Source: Balanoglossus misakiensis (Eukaryota; Animalia; Hemichordata). Taken from it: a DNA stretch of 64,000 nt. Position 1 is the first letter of the stretch, and each line of letters starts with the position of its first letter. Below, piece after piece: positions 28,020 to 39,284 of this stretch. Location of the stretch: the NCBI GenBank assembly GCA_040954595.2, contig CM082581.2, positions 4,394,699 to 4,458,698 on the forward strand, given 5' to 3'. The translations under genes and the position numbers were made by a program. The notes beneath the pieces were generated by a model. That model was not told where the DNA came from. It was given only the letters and a program-made list of their open reading frames with translations, and searched no databases.

Positions 28020-28818
28020 TGTTACGACACGCTGGCCGTTCCAGCCGAAACAGGGCGAGCAATAAACACACTAGCCGGATGGCGTACTTTGTAAGGAACC
28101 AAACCAGCGCCGCACGCAATAAAGTTGGTCAACAAAAGTCACAACAACCAGCAAATCACCTTATTTATAACGAATTTAATAATTACTAAAGTAATCGTGA
28201 ACATTAAATATTATAAACTAAAGAAACACACAAGAAACAAGTGAACTACCTTTTTAAACGTGACCAGGTGTGCATAAACTGAAACAGAACAAGTCCACTG
28301 TCCGCTAGAACGTTCCGCTGACTTGACGGAGGACACGTAGACACAGCAACTCGGCGATAATTCAGTTTAGACACAGCGACACGGCGACAGCTCCAACTCG
28401 GCGGCAGTTCAGCGTAGACACAGCGACACGGCGGTCCAGGCAAAAGTCCAGCTCCAACTGGTTCCACAAAAGTCCGCAAAAGTCTGCTCCACAAAAGTCC
28501 GCAAAAGTCTACTCCACAAAAGTCCGCAAAAGTCTGCTCCACAAAAGTCCGCTCCACACGAAACAGCACGACTTACAACTTGTTCAGAAGAGCAGCCACA
28601 GCTTCCAAGACGGTTCAAAAGAGCAGCACGTCCTCCAGGTCAAATTAACATCCACCCCCACAACGTGGCAACGAGCGGGCTTTTATACTAGCCAAAAATT
28701 AATTCATCACACCTGGTCACTTAAATATTCAAATAAAGAAAGCAAACGAAACGCACACGAAACGCACACGAAAAACACACCTGGTCACAAAACAATAGCC
28801 GACTGAACCTACGTAACA
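28020..28818 (-). mobile_element. Solo LTR (799 bp), probably Gypsy-type retrotransposon
   Basis: Terminal inverted TGTTACG...CGTAACA flanked by a 4-bp target-site duplication ATGA (28016-28019 and 28819-28822). Minus-strand TATAAAA at ~28687-28681. Composition differs from the flanks. A 4-bp TSD is typical of many Gypsy elements. Confidence 0.85.
28464..28552 (+). repeat. 25-bp minisatellite (ccacaaaagtccgcaaaagtct[g/a]ct) x3.5 inside the LTR
   Basis: Units start at 28464, 28489, 28514 and 28539. Confidence 0.95.
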
Positions 28819-30139
28819 ATGACTAATAAAGTAGAGTTTGTCTTCCTCTATAATCTGATAAGACAGTACTCAGTAAGATTCCAGAGATAAGGTAAATTAT
28901 TGATCAAACATTTCGTATATTTATAATAATTAAGACGGACAAAATTTTCGCTATTTGTTCTTTCCAATTTCAAAGTCAGTGACACACGGGTAAATGCCAA
29001 GCACTCGAAATCATCGAGTATGCGCGTTGTACATTTTCCATATACAGCTGCGGACGGAACGTACGGACACGTCCATACGCACTATCTTAGTTAACTTGTG
29101 AAGCGTATAAAGTCTCCGGAAAGTGAATTTGGACGGTTCATCTTAATTCTTGCTTCTCAAAACAAACAATCGGTTTCTTATAATTTTCGAGCAATGCGCG
29201 TGTAATTTAGGAATACTACCGTTACTACTGGACTTGACATGGGGAGTGGGAAGGAAAGTGGTCACGTCTAATTTGCATATGACTATATATGGTCAAAGGG
29301 GCGTGTCTTCGAATTACCGTATTGAGTGCTTTTTGCGTGGTCACCCAATAATAGTCTGCGATTGGCTTAATGGCTAAAGTTGCATAGATGACCGAATCCA
29401 TTTAACATATTTAACACAGAGGCAATCTGGCTTTGAGATAAAAAAATCCAGATACCATTTATCTTTTCTATATATTTGTAAATGCATTGCCAGGTAATGG
29501 TAACATATGACATATGTGCATCAGAAGAAAAAAACAACTTTATTTTATGAGAACGGTATAATCACTCCTTCCTATCCATAACCGACTAAGCTTATGCAAC
29601 GGGTTTTAATCACGTGTTTAATATTTGATGCCGGAAGCATTAGATTGTGCATTGAAGGCAAATATTCATGACTAACATAGTGTTTTGCATATTGTTTACG
29701 ATATCGAAAGCAGGGAATATTCCCTAGATACGACTTTTAATTTTTTGCCGTAATGGAATGATTCATGGAGAGAAATAAAATGCTTAATTAATTGCAGAGA
29801 TTGTTGACGACTTGCTTTGGTGTGTATGCCCAACCAGGTTATCATACATTCAACCCTAACAATGTCTAGGTACGCAGATAGATGAAAAACACCTCTTCCC
29901 TAAACCAGCAGTTTATCTACGGACACGCACAAATTGTTCCTAAGATGTCATTACTAGTAATTTATGAGGTTTAAGAAAGGATAGCATAACTGATATTTGC
30001 TTTACTAGTATAGGATGAGTGACACATCTCCCACGAAGATTTGTTATTTCATCTCGCAAATGAAAACTAAAGGAGGCTCCTTAGAGCTTATTGGATTATA
30101 TTGTGATTGTAATTAGCTAACTGTCCTTGAAGATAAACG

Positions 30140-30301
30140 TCTGTCTGCCTGCCATCTTGTCTGCCTTCCTGTCTGTCTGTCTGTCTGCCTGTATGGCTGT
30201 CTGTCTGTCTGTCTATCTGTCTGTCTGTCTGTCTGTCTGTTTGTTTGTTTGTTTGTTTGTCTGTCTGTATGTCTGCCTATTTGTCCGTCTGTCTGTCTGT
30301 C
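30140..30301. repeat. (TCTG)n/(TTTG)n microsatellite
   Basis: Directly visible; source of the CLSV ORF. Confidence 0.95.
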
Positions 30302-30307
30302 AGGTTA

Positions 30308-31012
30308 TAAGGTGAAGTAATAAATATCAACAGTACGGAATTAAGTTCCGATAATTGTTTAATGTTATAGTCGGTGCAAAATACAGAAGAGTGTGCGTTT
30401 ACATCCTGTTTATCTGTTATCGCCTGTCGAGATCATCAGAAACATCATTTATTCAATATACGGTCACCTCCAATTTACATACGCCCATATATGGCTGAAA
30501 TGGCGTATTTGAGGGTTCTTAAGATTATAATGGTAGCGCTCTTTTTCGCGTGTACCATCCACTGAAAATCCGTGATTGGCTAGATCTCAAGTTACCATGG
30601 TAACTGTAGCTAAATTTCCATAAGTGACCGTGTAACTTTAAGGGAACAAATGACTACCGTTTTACCGTTCATCTGTTCTATAACTCTCGTCAAACACGCG
30701 CGCAAATATCTACGCGCCAGTTCATGGTGTCACGCTGACATAAATGTTGTGACACCCAATGAAGTCAAGAATTATTAAATCTTCTATTCTGTCTATTCAT
30801 GCTTGTCAAACTTAAAATGAACAAACTGAGGTGGGTTCGACACAGAACGAAGGAATGTGATAACATGATGCCATGGTAACGCAAATACAAACATAAAACG
30901 CCCTGAAAATGCTTTCAAACTAAATAATTTACAGAGAAATTTTCCAGTCAAGTGGTGCGTGATGTATGAGTGTCACTTGGACTTCTTGGGTGCATTTAAC
31001 ACATTCTTTAAA
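30308..31012. mobile_element. Probable MITE-like DNA-transposon remnant carrying an RFX X-box
   Basis: Non-LRR block starting taaggtgaagtaataaat that abuts the TIR remnant of unit 9. Contains the perfect palindrome GTTACCATGGTAAC (30591-30604). No matching second terminal repeat was found. Confidence 0.4.
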
Positions 31013-31019
31013 CGTCGTT

Positions 31020-34000
31020 TGTCGGAAACACTTTATTCTATTTGTAAAGAAACTAACTGTTCTGTCTAAAGATCTCTGAAAAGCATGCATACTAATTATA
31101 TTTGACAATGCATCATCCTGGCTTTATATTTCAGTGTCCGACTTTTAGCGTAGCACATAAAAAGAGAAGAAAAAACTGTTTCAGCAACCTTCTGTACTGT
31201 CGTAGCCATAACGCTGTGGGACTCATGTTGAGATGCTTTACGACTTGACATATTGTATAAATGCATAAAGTACAGTTACAGGTAGTAAATGAAGACTAGC
31301 TGTACAAGAACTATTGACGTTCGTTCAGGAAATTAACTATCGTTACGAGTTACAGCCGCTCACTTTTCGACTTATAGACAGGCCGCCTGCATATGTCAAA
31401 CCAGAGTGACATTCTTGTCAATTAAACTAGACGTTTGCGGTATCATCTACATGTATTATTGTTAAAATAAGAATTGACAAATGAATACGGCTGAGGAATC
31501 TTCCCTTTCTTGTGTGTGGTCTCCTCCTCGTAAACGGTACCGTTGTACGAACAAAGAATAATTTAAAACCCCTAGTTTGATAATGCAACAACCGGGCGTC
31601 CTGGATATCCGAGTACAACGGTCTATTTGTCAGTGACACTTTCCCCGGCGTGTTGCAGCGCTCCGTCTTTTCGATATGTCATTATCGCTTTGTAACGTGT
31701 AACCACCTACTCTACTGGGTACAAGGCTTTCTTGCTTAATAACTATAATGGTGTCGGCAACTATTTGATGACACCATTTTCTTGCCCGATCAAGACATAA
31801 CCAACAGTCTAGACTTAACCTGTTCACTAATAGAACGAGCGATTTGAGAAAATTGCACAACAATTTTCGGCACCGGTGGCCACAATATATAACATAATGA
31901 GGAAAATGCAGGGGGCAATTGTCCTAGGGGGGGGGGGGGTTTGTCTGGTCAGCAATTGTCCTCGGGGACATTTGTCGGCAGGGGGGAATTGTGCATGAGT
32001 AGTTGTGGCCTAGAACCCGTTTTAACAGAGCAATTTCAAACAAGTTTGAAATGTATCTAGGCTGGGTCGGGCTGTTGCTTTCATGCCTGAGCCAATGTGA
32101 TCTTTTTTATTATGGACCCGACTGGTCTTCAGGCCACATAGTTTAGACAACGCATGTCCATTGGATCGCACACAAAGCCAATCGGCCATACTTACTGGAA
32201 ATGTGTTAAAGGGCTGCTCAACTACGAACAAAGCACGTGTATTAACCTTTCAGAAAATTTACCACTTCAACTAAAGTAACGTATTTTAAAAGTTGTGTCA
32301 TTTTCTCAACAAATGGAATTTTTTACGGACACATACATGTATGGCTGTCTGTTTTCTGTTGCCTGAAGAAGCGTTTACAGAGGCGTGTCAAACCTACCAT
32401 AAATAACGAGCTATCCTAGCAGCATAATTCATTTGATAGTTGGAGAAGGATTTTATTACGCCTAAATTGGGTAACTGAGTCTTCCTTTTTGACATACTAA
32501 AATGATTTAATTTGTTAGATGGCTAGCAACATCAATGCACGACTCGCCTCCAAGTGATCACCGTATATCTTATTTGAAATGCATTTTCTTGATTAAAGGT
32601 CCCCGCAGGTGTTGATTATGTCATATGCATTGAGAATCCAGTGATTTATTCCCTGATTTCAAGGACAATGCAGCAAGAAGGAAATGGAAATAACTTTCCA
32701 TGAAGGCGTATACCAGATTTATGTCGTAGGCTAAACGACTCCGGCAAGTCATATTAAGACATTCATACATATCTCACCGGCCAGCTTTCATTGTTCTTGA
32801 AAATTAGAACAGTGTCCTAAAATTTTCAGGGGTTTATTTCTTTACGTAAACGAAGACCTACATGTATAGTTATTCATAATCACAGTGCTTTCACTACTCA
32901 TTTTTGTTGGTCATATTGCATTCCAAGGAATGACATACATTGTACAGACAATGTGGGCGTCGAAGAACTTTACAGATTCCATGGAAACGGGTTTGAAAGT
33001 TATTTCAGGTGATTCTTCCCAACTTCAGTGCGATTTCGTTGAACTTGTCCAGTTTGAAACTTGCCATTAAACGATGCCGTGTCTTTCTGGACGAGTTTAT
33101 TATTACCTAATGACATTCATATAACAAACAATGTTGTAAGAACTTTGTAATTGGAAAAGGGGTGTATTCCCGCACTTTCTAAATACATGAACCGCATGGG
33201 TTAGGCTTGTGACATGGGTCATATACTCTATAGCCTCCCCCCCCCCCCAATGATTGCCTTAACGTATAGATATATCTACTAGTAAGAATACATTCATAAT
33301 TTTAACATGGAGTTGTCAGTCTATGAAAAGAAATCAGTGTACAACTTTTATAGGGTAATTTTGCCTATGCCGTGTAAAAGATTATAGTGTATGCTATAGG
33401 AATGTGTGATAACGACATGCTCTAAATTTCCTTATTCTTCTGGAGACAGTATCGGGTTAATGATTGCCAAAAAATCCCTCTGAGTTTGGAAATTGAATTT
33501 GGCAGCTGTTTACGAGGTACCGCGTGTCCCCCAAGAATGGATGTTTTACCATACTATGATTCCTGACACGTATGCAGCGTAATTCATACCCACGTGTTAT
33601 CTATTTTCTGAGTGATTTCTACCCAGAAGACACGGCTCCCAACTATACACCACACATTTGTTTACCCATTGGCTAAAACATAAAATTGATTGAATCGGTA
33701 TATTGAAAAATACTGCAGAAGCCAGCTTCCACTATCTGCTGAGTGTAACAGACCAGGCCTGCTTCCAGCAGTGGTTGTGTTTGTGAATATTAATGGACGG
33801 CGAATATAGTACTGTATATTGCTTCTTGAAATTGCCTTTATATCTGAAGATATACGGAACCCTTTTTTCTTCTAAAATGGAATATTTCATGTATATACAT
33901 GTATTATGACCATTTCATCTGCAAATTTGTCGATTGCAACTGCTATGTAAATACAACTATCTTTCTGCTATGTATATGACGCGCATACACGGGAGCTGAA

Positions 34001-34236
34001 CGTTACATGAAGTGCACGCCCTCAGAAGGCATTCCTTTCGAATTACCCTCTTCGGTGAGCGTGATGGATACTGAGAAATGTTGGGTCTAGTTAAAATTTG
34101 AACAGCCGTGCAATATGCTGCCTCCGACCAGTTATATCAGCTCCAACGCATACGTTGTGTTGACAATGTACACGTCTCAATGACCAATTATCGCCGACTG
34201 ACAGCAAAGTTAAACACATAAATATCCGGTTTCCCG
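31020..34236 (-). pseudogene. Decayed TLR-like gene, 3' part (unit 9; duplicate of unit 10, 5'-truncated at the duplication junction)
   Basis: LRRs HPFSNYKVLTTLFV and MSLGNNKLVQKDTASFNG (33116-33063), ALSKLCGLKTSRVHN (ORF 32022-32231). LRRCT FLKSLVLLVNRLSLDCWL...KW...PSRVGGYTL (ORF 31630-31863). TM-like SIVLVQLVFIYYL (~31315-31280). TIR-like LFMCYA, PG*CI and RTVSFFT (31165-31043). Confidence 0.68.
31910..32018. repeat. G-rich degenerate repeat (GGGGCAATTGTCC-like units ending ctagaacc)
   Basis: Four to five related (aa)ttgtc units with G-runs, inserted just upstream of the unit 9 LRRCT. Probably the sub-terminal repeats of a DNA transposon end (inference). Confidence 0.6.
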
Positions 34237-36115
34237 GACTTTTGTAAGAATCCTCGGGAGTCAATCACAGGGAACATTAGAACGACACGGTCGAGTTGTA
34301 AACATTCATAATTACAATGGAATTATTCCCTTTTGGCGTAGACATGCAGTACACCGAGAGTCACAAAAAATACCCGAGTTAATTAGCCAGCCCGGCCATT
34401 TCAATTATCGAAAATCACTTCCCTCGTAAATTGTTGCACTGTCGTGACTTGTTAGCTGCTTGACACATCGAGTGTTTCCCCTTTCATCGACAATACCAAA
34501 ATGTGAGTGGATGGGTGCGGCGCGAATGGAATACTGATCTCCTAGGGAAAGAAGCCCGAGCTATCTAAAGTGCCACGCGTGTGTCAAGATAGTGTAATAA
34601 GTAAAATTTGAAAAGAGCCTGGTGCATGCCAGAGTAGTTGTTATAATTAAAGGTTGCGACCTTGGAGCTGGCGAAATAAACCATTTCTGCACGTGTTAAT
34701 GTATGTCACACAATTCGCACAAGACATGGACGGCATTTTAACAAAGGTTGTGGGTATGAAACGTAAATGCAGACTGTAGTCACCTCAGTTAATGTATAGA
34801 TGCGACAGAATTACATAGTCATTGGACAAATATTAATTTTGGAAACCTTTTCATCCGAAGAATACGAATTGTTATTCATTTAGGTCGAAGGGTGCCTGTA
34901 TGAACTGACCCTGAAGAAATTGAGTGGAAATGCTAGTTTGTAACCAATTTTAACCACATAAACATACAATTGCCATGTATATAAAAATACGAGGAGTGCG
35001 TCTTGATGAAATTAAGAATATATTTTGAGACCTCGTGATTAAGTAACCCCTTATAAGAGTCTACATGTTTCGCAGCCAAAACTGCATAACGTGTTCAAAA
35101 TGCAATCAACTAATTTAAGAAATGATGAATAAAATGATCTAAAGTGAAATCCATCAAATTTGGCAAATTACTTACAGTCGTTTTAGTGACCGGCTAACCT
35201 CATGAAAATGTTAGTAGAATAAACCTGAGGATTTCATCAAACCGAGTCATCTGAAACATAAAGTTTCTCTGATGCTTTTTAGGACATTTCTTGTCAACAT
35301 TTTGAAATTTCAAAGTCAACTCGTCGCGTGTAGCAATATTTTCAAGAAGTTTGTCGTTCGAAGATATTGTAAAATGGCTGCAAATGACGAAGGAAACGAC
35401 AAGGACAATATCTCGCACATATCTTATACACTTGAGATAAAGAGTCGCAAAGTCACGATAATATACGTCATGATTACTTACGTTAGTGTTTACGTACAAA
35501 ATGTATGGTTCTCAATGCCAACATATGGCGTCACAGTGCCATGAGTGAGTATGAAATGAACAGCCTCATTACGGAACTTACGCGACAACGAGACAAATAT
35601 TCCCTGATTGACACTATTATAATATTTAATTATAAAGGATACTTGCAGTAAGGTGATGACTCATCAAGGTCTCCGTGTCTCAACCCTTGACAAATGTTTC
35701 TCATTAAACGCAATTATACCATGCACAGGAGTGAAAGAAACGGAATATCAGACTCTTGTAATTGTTTCTATGAGGAAGAGACGTGTTCGAGAAGCTAGCT
35801 GTCGTGCCCTACAAAACCAGATATTATACTTCAATGCCTTTGTGCAACCTACTTGGAAGAACGAATGAAGTACGCATAGTTGCTACACGAGGAAATGCTA
35901 AATGGAAAGCCCTTTACTGCACTCAAGTCGTTAGAGCTGAAAGTCACGACTGCTTGTCCTGGTGGCCACACAGCAAAATACTGTATTGGTTGTGTTCATA
36001 GAGCAGAAGCCCAGGACAGACACAGTCCCTTGAGTATTTCTTATGACAGAGTAATGAATGATGACTTCGTAGAAATAATGAAATAATCGGTATCCACGCA
36101 GGTGAACACGCCTTT
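34237..36115 (-). pseudogene. Duplicated 5' half of unit 8 (LRRNT + LRRs), fused at the junction to unit 9
   Basis: Copy of 25972-27850; the same ORF recurs at 35944-36153. Confidence 0.6.
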
Positions 36116-36284
36116 ATTTTTCCGCGATTGTCTGAACGTCCCCCCCCCACCATTTCGTCTTAGAAGCAAATTCTCTTAACACGGTGCATTTATTATTGAT
36201 GTGTCAATTCAATGTGTGCCCCTATTTTACATGTAAAAGCACTTTCATTTCTATAATTGGTAAAACTGTAATGCATATCAATGA

Positions 36285-37083
36285 TGTTACGACACGCTGG
36301 CCGTTCCAGCCGAAACAGGGCGAGCAATAAACACACTAGCCGGATGGCGTACTTTGTAAGGAACCAAACCAGCGCCGCACGCAATAAAGTTGGTCAACAA
36401 AAGTCACAACAACCAGCAAATCACCTTATTTATAACGAATTTAATAATTACTAAAGTAATCGTGAACATTAAATATTATAAACTAAAGAAACACACAAGA
36501 AACAAGTGAACTACCTTTTTAAACGTGACCAGGTGTGCATAAACTGAAACAGAACAAGTCCACTGTCCGCTAGAACGTTCCGCTGACTTGACGGAGGACA
36601 CGTAGACACAGCAACTCGGCGATAATTCAGTTTAGACACAGCGACACGGCGACAGCTCCAACTCGGCGGCAGTTCAGCGTAGACACAGCGACACGGCGGT
36701 CCAGGCAAAAGTCCAGCTCCAACTGGTTCCACAAAAGTCCGCAAAAGTCTGCTCCACAAAAGTCCGCAAAAGTCTACTCCACAAAAGTCCGCAAAAGTCT
36801 GCTCCACAAAAGTCCGCTCCACACGAAACAGCACGACTTACAACTTGTTCAGAAGAGCAGCCACAGCTTCCAAGACGGTTCAAAAGAGCAGCACGTCCTC
36901 CAGGTCAAATTAACATCCACCCCCACAACGTGGCAACGAGCGGGCTTTTATACTAGCCAAAAATTAATTCATCACACCTGGTCACTTAAATATTCAAATA
37001 AAGAAAGCAAACGAAACGCACACGAAACGCACACGAAAAACACACCTGGTCACAAAACAATAGCCGACTGAACCTACGTAACA
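36285..37083 (-). mobile_element. Solo LTR, duplicate copy
   Basis: TGTTACG...CGTAACA with ATGA TSD (36281-36284 and 37084-37087). Confidence 0.85.
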
Positions 37084-38404
37084 ATGACTAATAAAGTAGA
37101 GTTTGTCTTCCTCTATAATCTGATAAGACAGTACTCAGTAAGATTCCAGAGATAAGGTAAATTATTGATCAAACATTTCGTATATTTATAATAATTAAGA
37201 CGGACAAAATTTTCGCTATTTGTTCTTTCCAATTTCAAAGTCAGTGACACACGGGTAAATGCCAAGCACTCGAAATCATCGAGTATGCGCGTTGTACATT
37301 TTCCATATACAGCTGCGGACGGAACGTACGGACACGTCCATACGCACTATCTTAGTTAACTTGTGAAGCGTATAAAGTCTCCGGAAAGTGAATTTGGACG
37401 GTTCATCTTAATTCTTGCTTCTCAAAACAAACAATCGGTTTCTTATAATTTTCGAGCAATGCGCGTGTAATTTAGGAATACTACCGTTACTACTGGACTT
37501 GACATGGGGAGTGGGAAGGAAAGTGGTCACGTCTAATTTGCATATGACTATATATGGTCAAAGGGGCGTGTCTTCGAATTACCGTATTGAGTGCTTTTTG
37601 CGTGGTCACCCAATAATAGTCTGCGATTGGCTTAATGGCTAAAGTTGCATAGATGACCGAATCCATTTAACATATTTAACACAGAGGCAATCTGGCTTTG
37701 AGATAAAAAAATCCAGATACCATTTATCTTTTCTATATATTTGTAAATGCATTGCCAGGTAATGGTAACATATGACATATGTGCATCAGAAGAAAAAAAC
37801 AACTTTATTTTATGAGAACGGTATAATCACTCCTTCCTATCCATAACCGACTAAGCTTATGCAACGGGTTTTAATCACGTGTTTAATATTTGATGCCGGA
37901 AGCATTAGATTGTGCATTGAAGGCAAATATTCATGACTAACATAGTGTTTTGCATATTGTTTACGATATCGAAAGCAGGGAATATTCCCTAGATACGACT
38001 TTTAATTTTTTGCCGTAATGGAATGATTCATGGAGAGAAATAAAATGCTTAATTAATTGCAGAGATTGTTGACGACTTGCTTTGGTGTGTATGCCCAACC
38101 AGGTTATCATACATTCAACCCTAACAATGTCTAGGTACGCAGATAGATGAAAAACACCTCTTCCCTAAACCAGCAGTTTATCTACGGACACGCACAAATT
38201 GTTCCTAAGATGTCATTACTAGTAATTTATGAGGTTTAAGAAAGGATAGCATAACTGATATTTGCTTTACTAGTATAGGATGAGTGACACATCTCCCACG
38301 AAGATTTGTTATTTCATCTCGCAAATGAAAACTAAAGGAGGCTCCTTAGAGCTTATTGGATTATATTGTGATTGTAATTAGCTAACTGTCCTTGAAGATA
38401 AACG

Positions 38405-38566
38405 TCTGTCTGCCTGCCATCTTGTCTGCCTTCCTGTCTGTCTGTCTGTCTGCCTGTATGGCTGTCTGTCTGTCTGTCTATCTGTCTGTCTGTCTGTCTG
38501 TCTGTTTGTTTGTTTGTTTGTTTGTCTGTCTGTATGTCTGCCTATTTGTCCGTCTGTCTGTCTGTC
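38405..38566. repeat. (TCTG)n/(TTTG)n microsatellite, duplicate copy
   Basis: Directly visible. Confidence 0.95.
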
Positions 38567-39284
38567 AGGTTATAAGGTGAAGTAATAAATATCAACAGTA
38601 CGGAATTAAGTTCCGATAATTGTTTAATGTTATAGTCGGTGCAAAATACAGAAGAGTGTGCGTTTACATCCTGTTTATCTGTTATCGCCTGTCGAGATCA
38701 TCAGAAACATCATTTATTCAATATACGGTCACCTCCAATTTACATACGCCCATATATGGCTGAAATGGCGTATTTGAGGGTTCTTAAGATTATAATGGTA
38801 GCGCTCTTTTTCGCGTGTACCATCCACTGAAAATCCGTGATTGGCTAGATCTCAAGTTACCATGGTAACTGTAGCTAAATTTCCATAAGTGACCGTGTAA
38901 CTTTAAGGGAACAAATGACTACCGTTTTACCGTTCATCTGTTCTATAACTCTCGTCAAACACGCGCGCAAATATCTACGCGCCAGTTCATGGTGTCACGC
39001 TGACATAAATGTTGTGACACCCAATGAAGTCAAGAATTATTAAATCTTCTATTCTGTCTATTCATGCTTGTCAAACTTAAAATGAACAAACTGAGGTGGG
39101 TTCGACACAGAACGAAGGAATGTGATAACATGATGCCATGGTAACGCAAATACAAACATAAAACGCCCTGAAAATGCTTTCAAACTAAATAATTTACAGA
39201 GAAATTTTCCAGTCAAGTGGTGCGTGATGTATGAGTGTCACTTGGACTTCTTGGGTGCATTTAACACATTCTTTAAACGTCGTT

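Larger units (their letters stand above)
25972..34236 (+). repeat. Tandem segmental duplication, copy 1 (8,265 bp)
   Basis: Sequence and ORF track repeat at offset +8265. The copy starts gacttttgtaagaatcc and ends tatccggtttcccg. Confidence 0.98.

Noticed and set aside
28464-28552. CRISPR-like short repeats
   Set aside because: Contiguous tandem units with no unique spacers, no cas genes and a eukaryotic context.
28020-37083. Full-length LTR retrotransposon bounded by two matching LTRs
   Set aside because: Each LTR has its own ATGA TSD and duplicated flanks, and no gag/pol was seen. The pair results from the 8,265-bp duplication.
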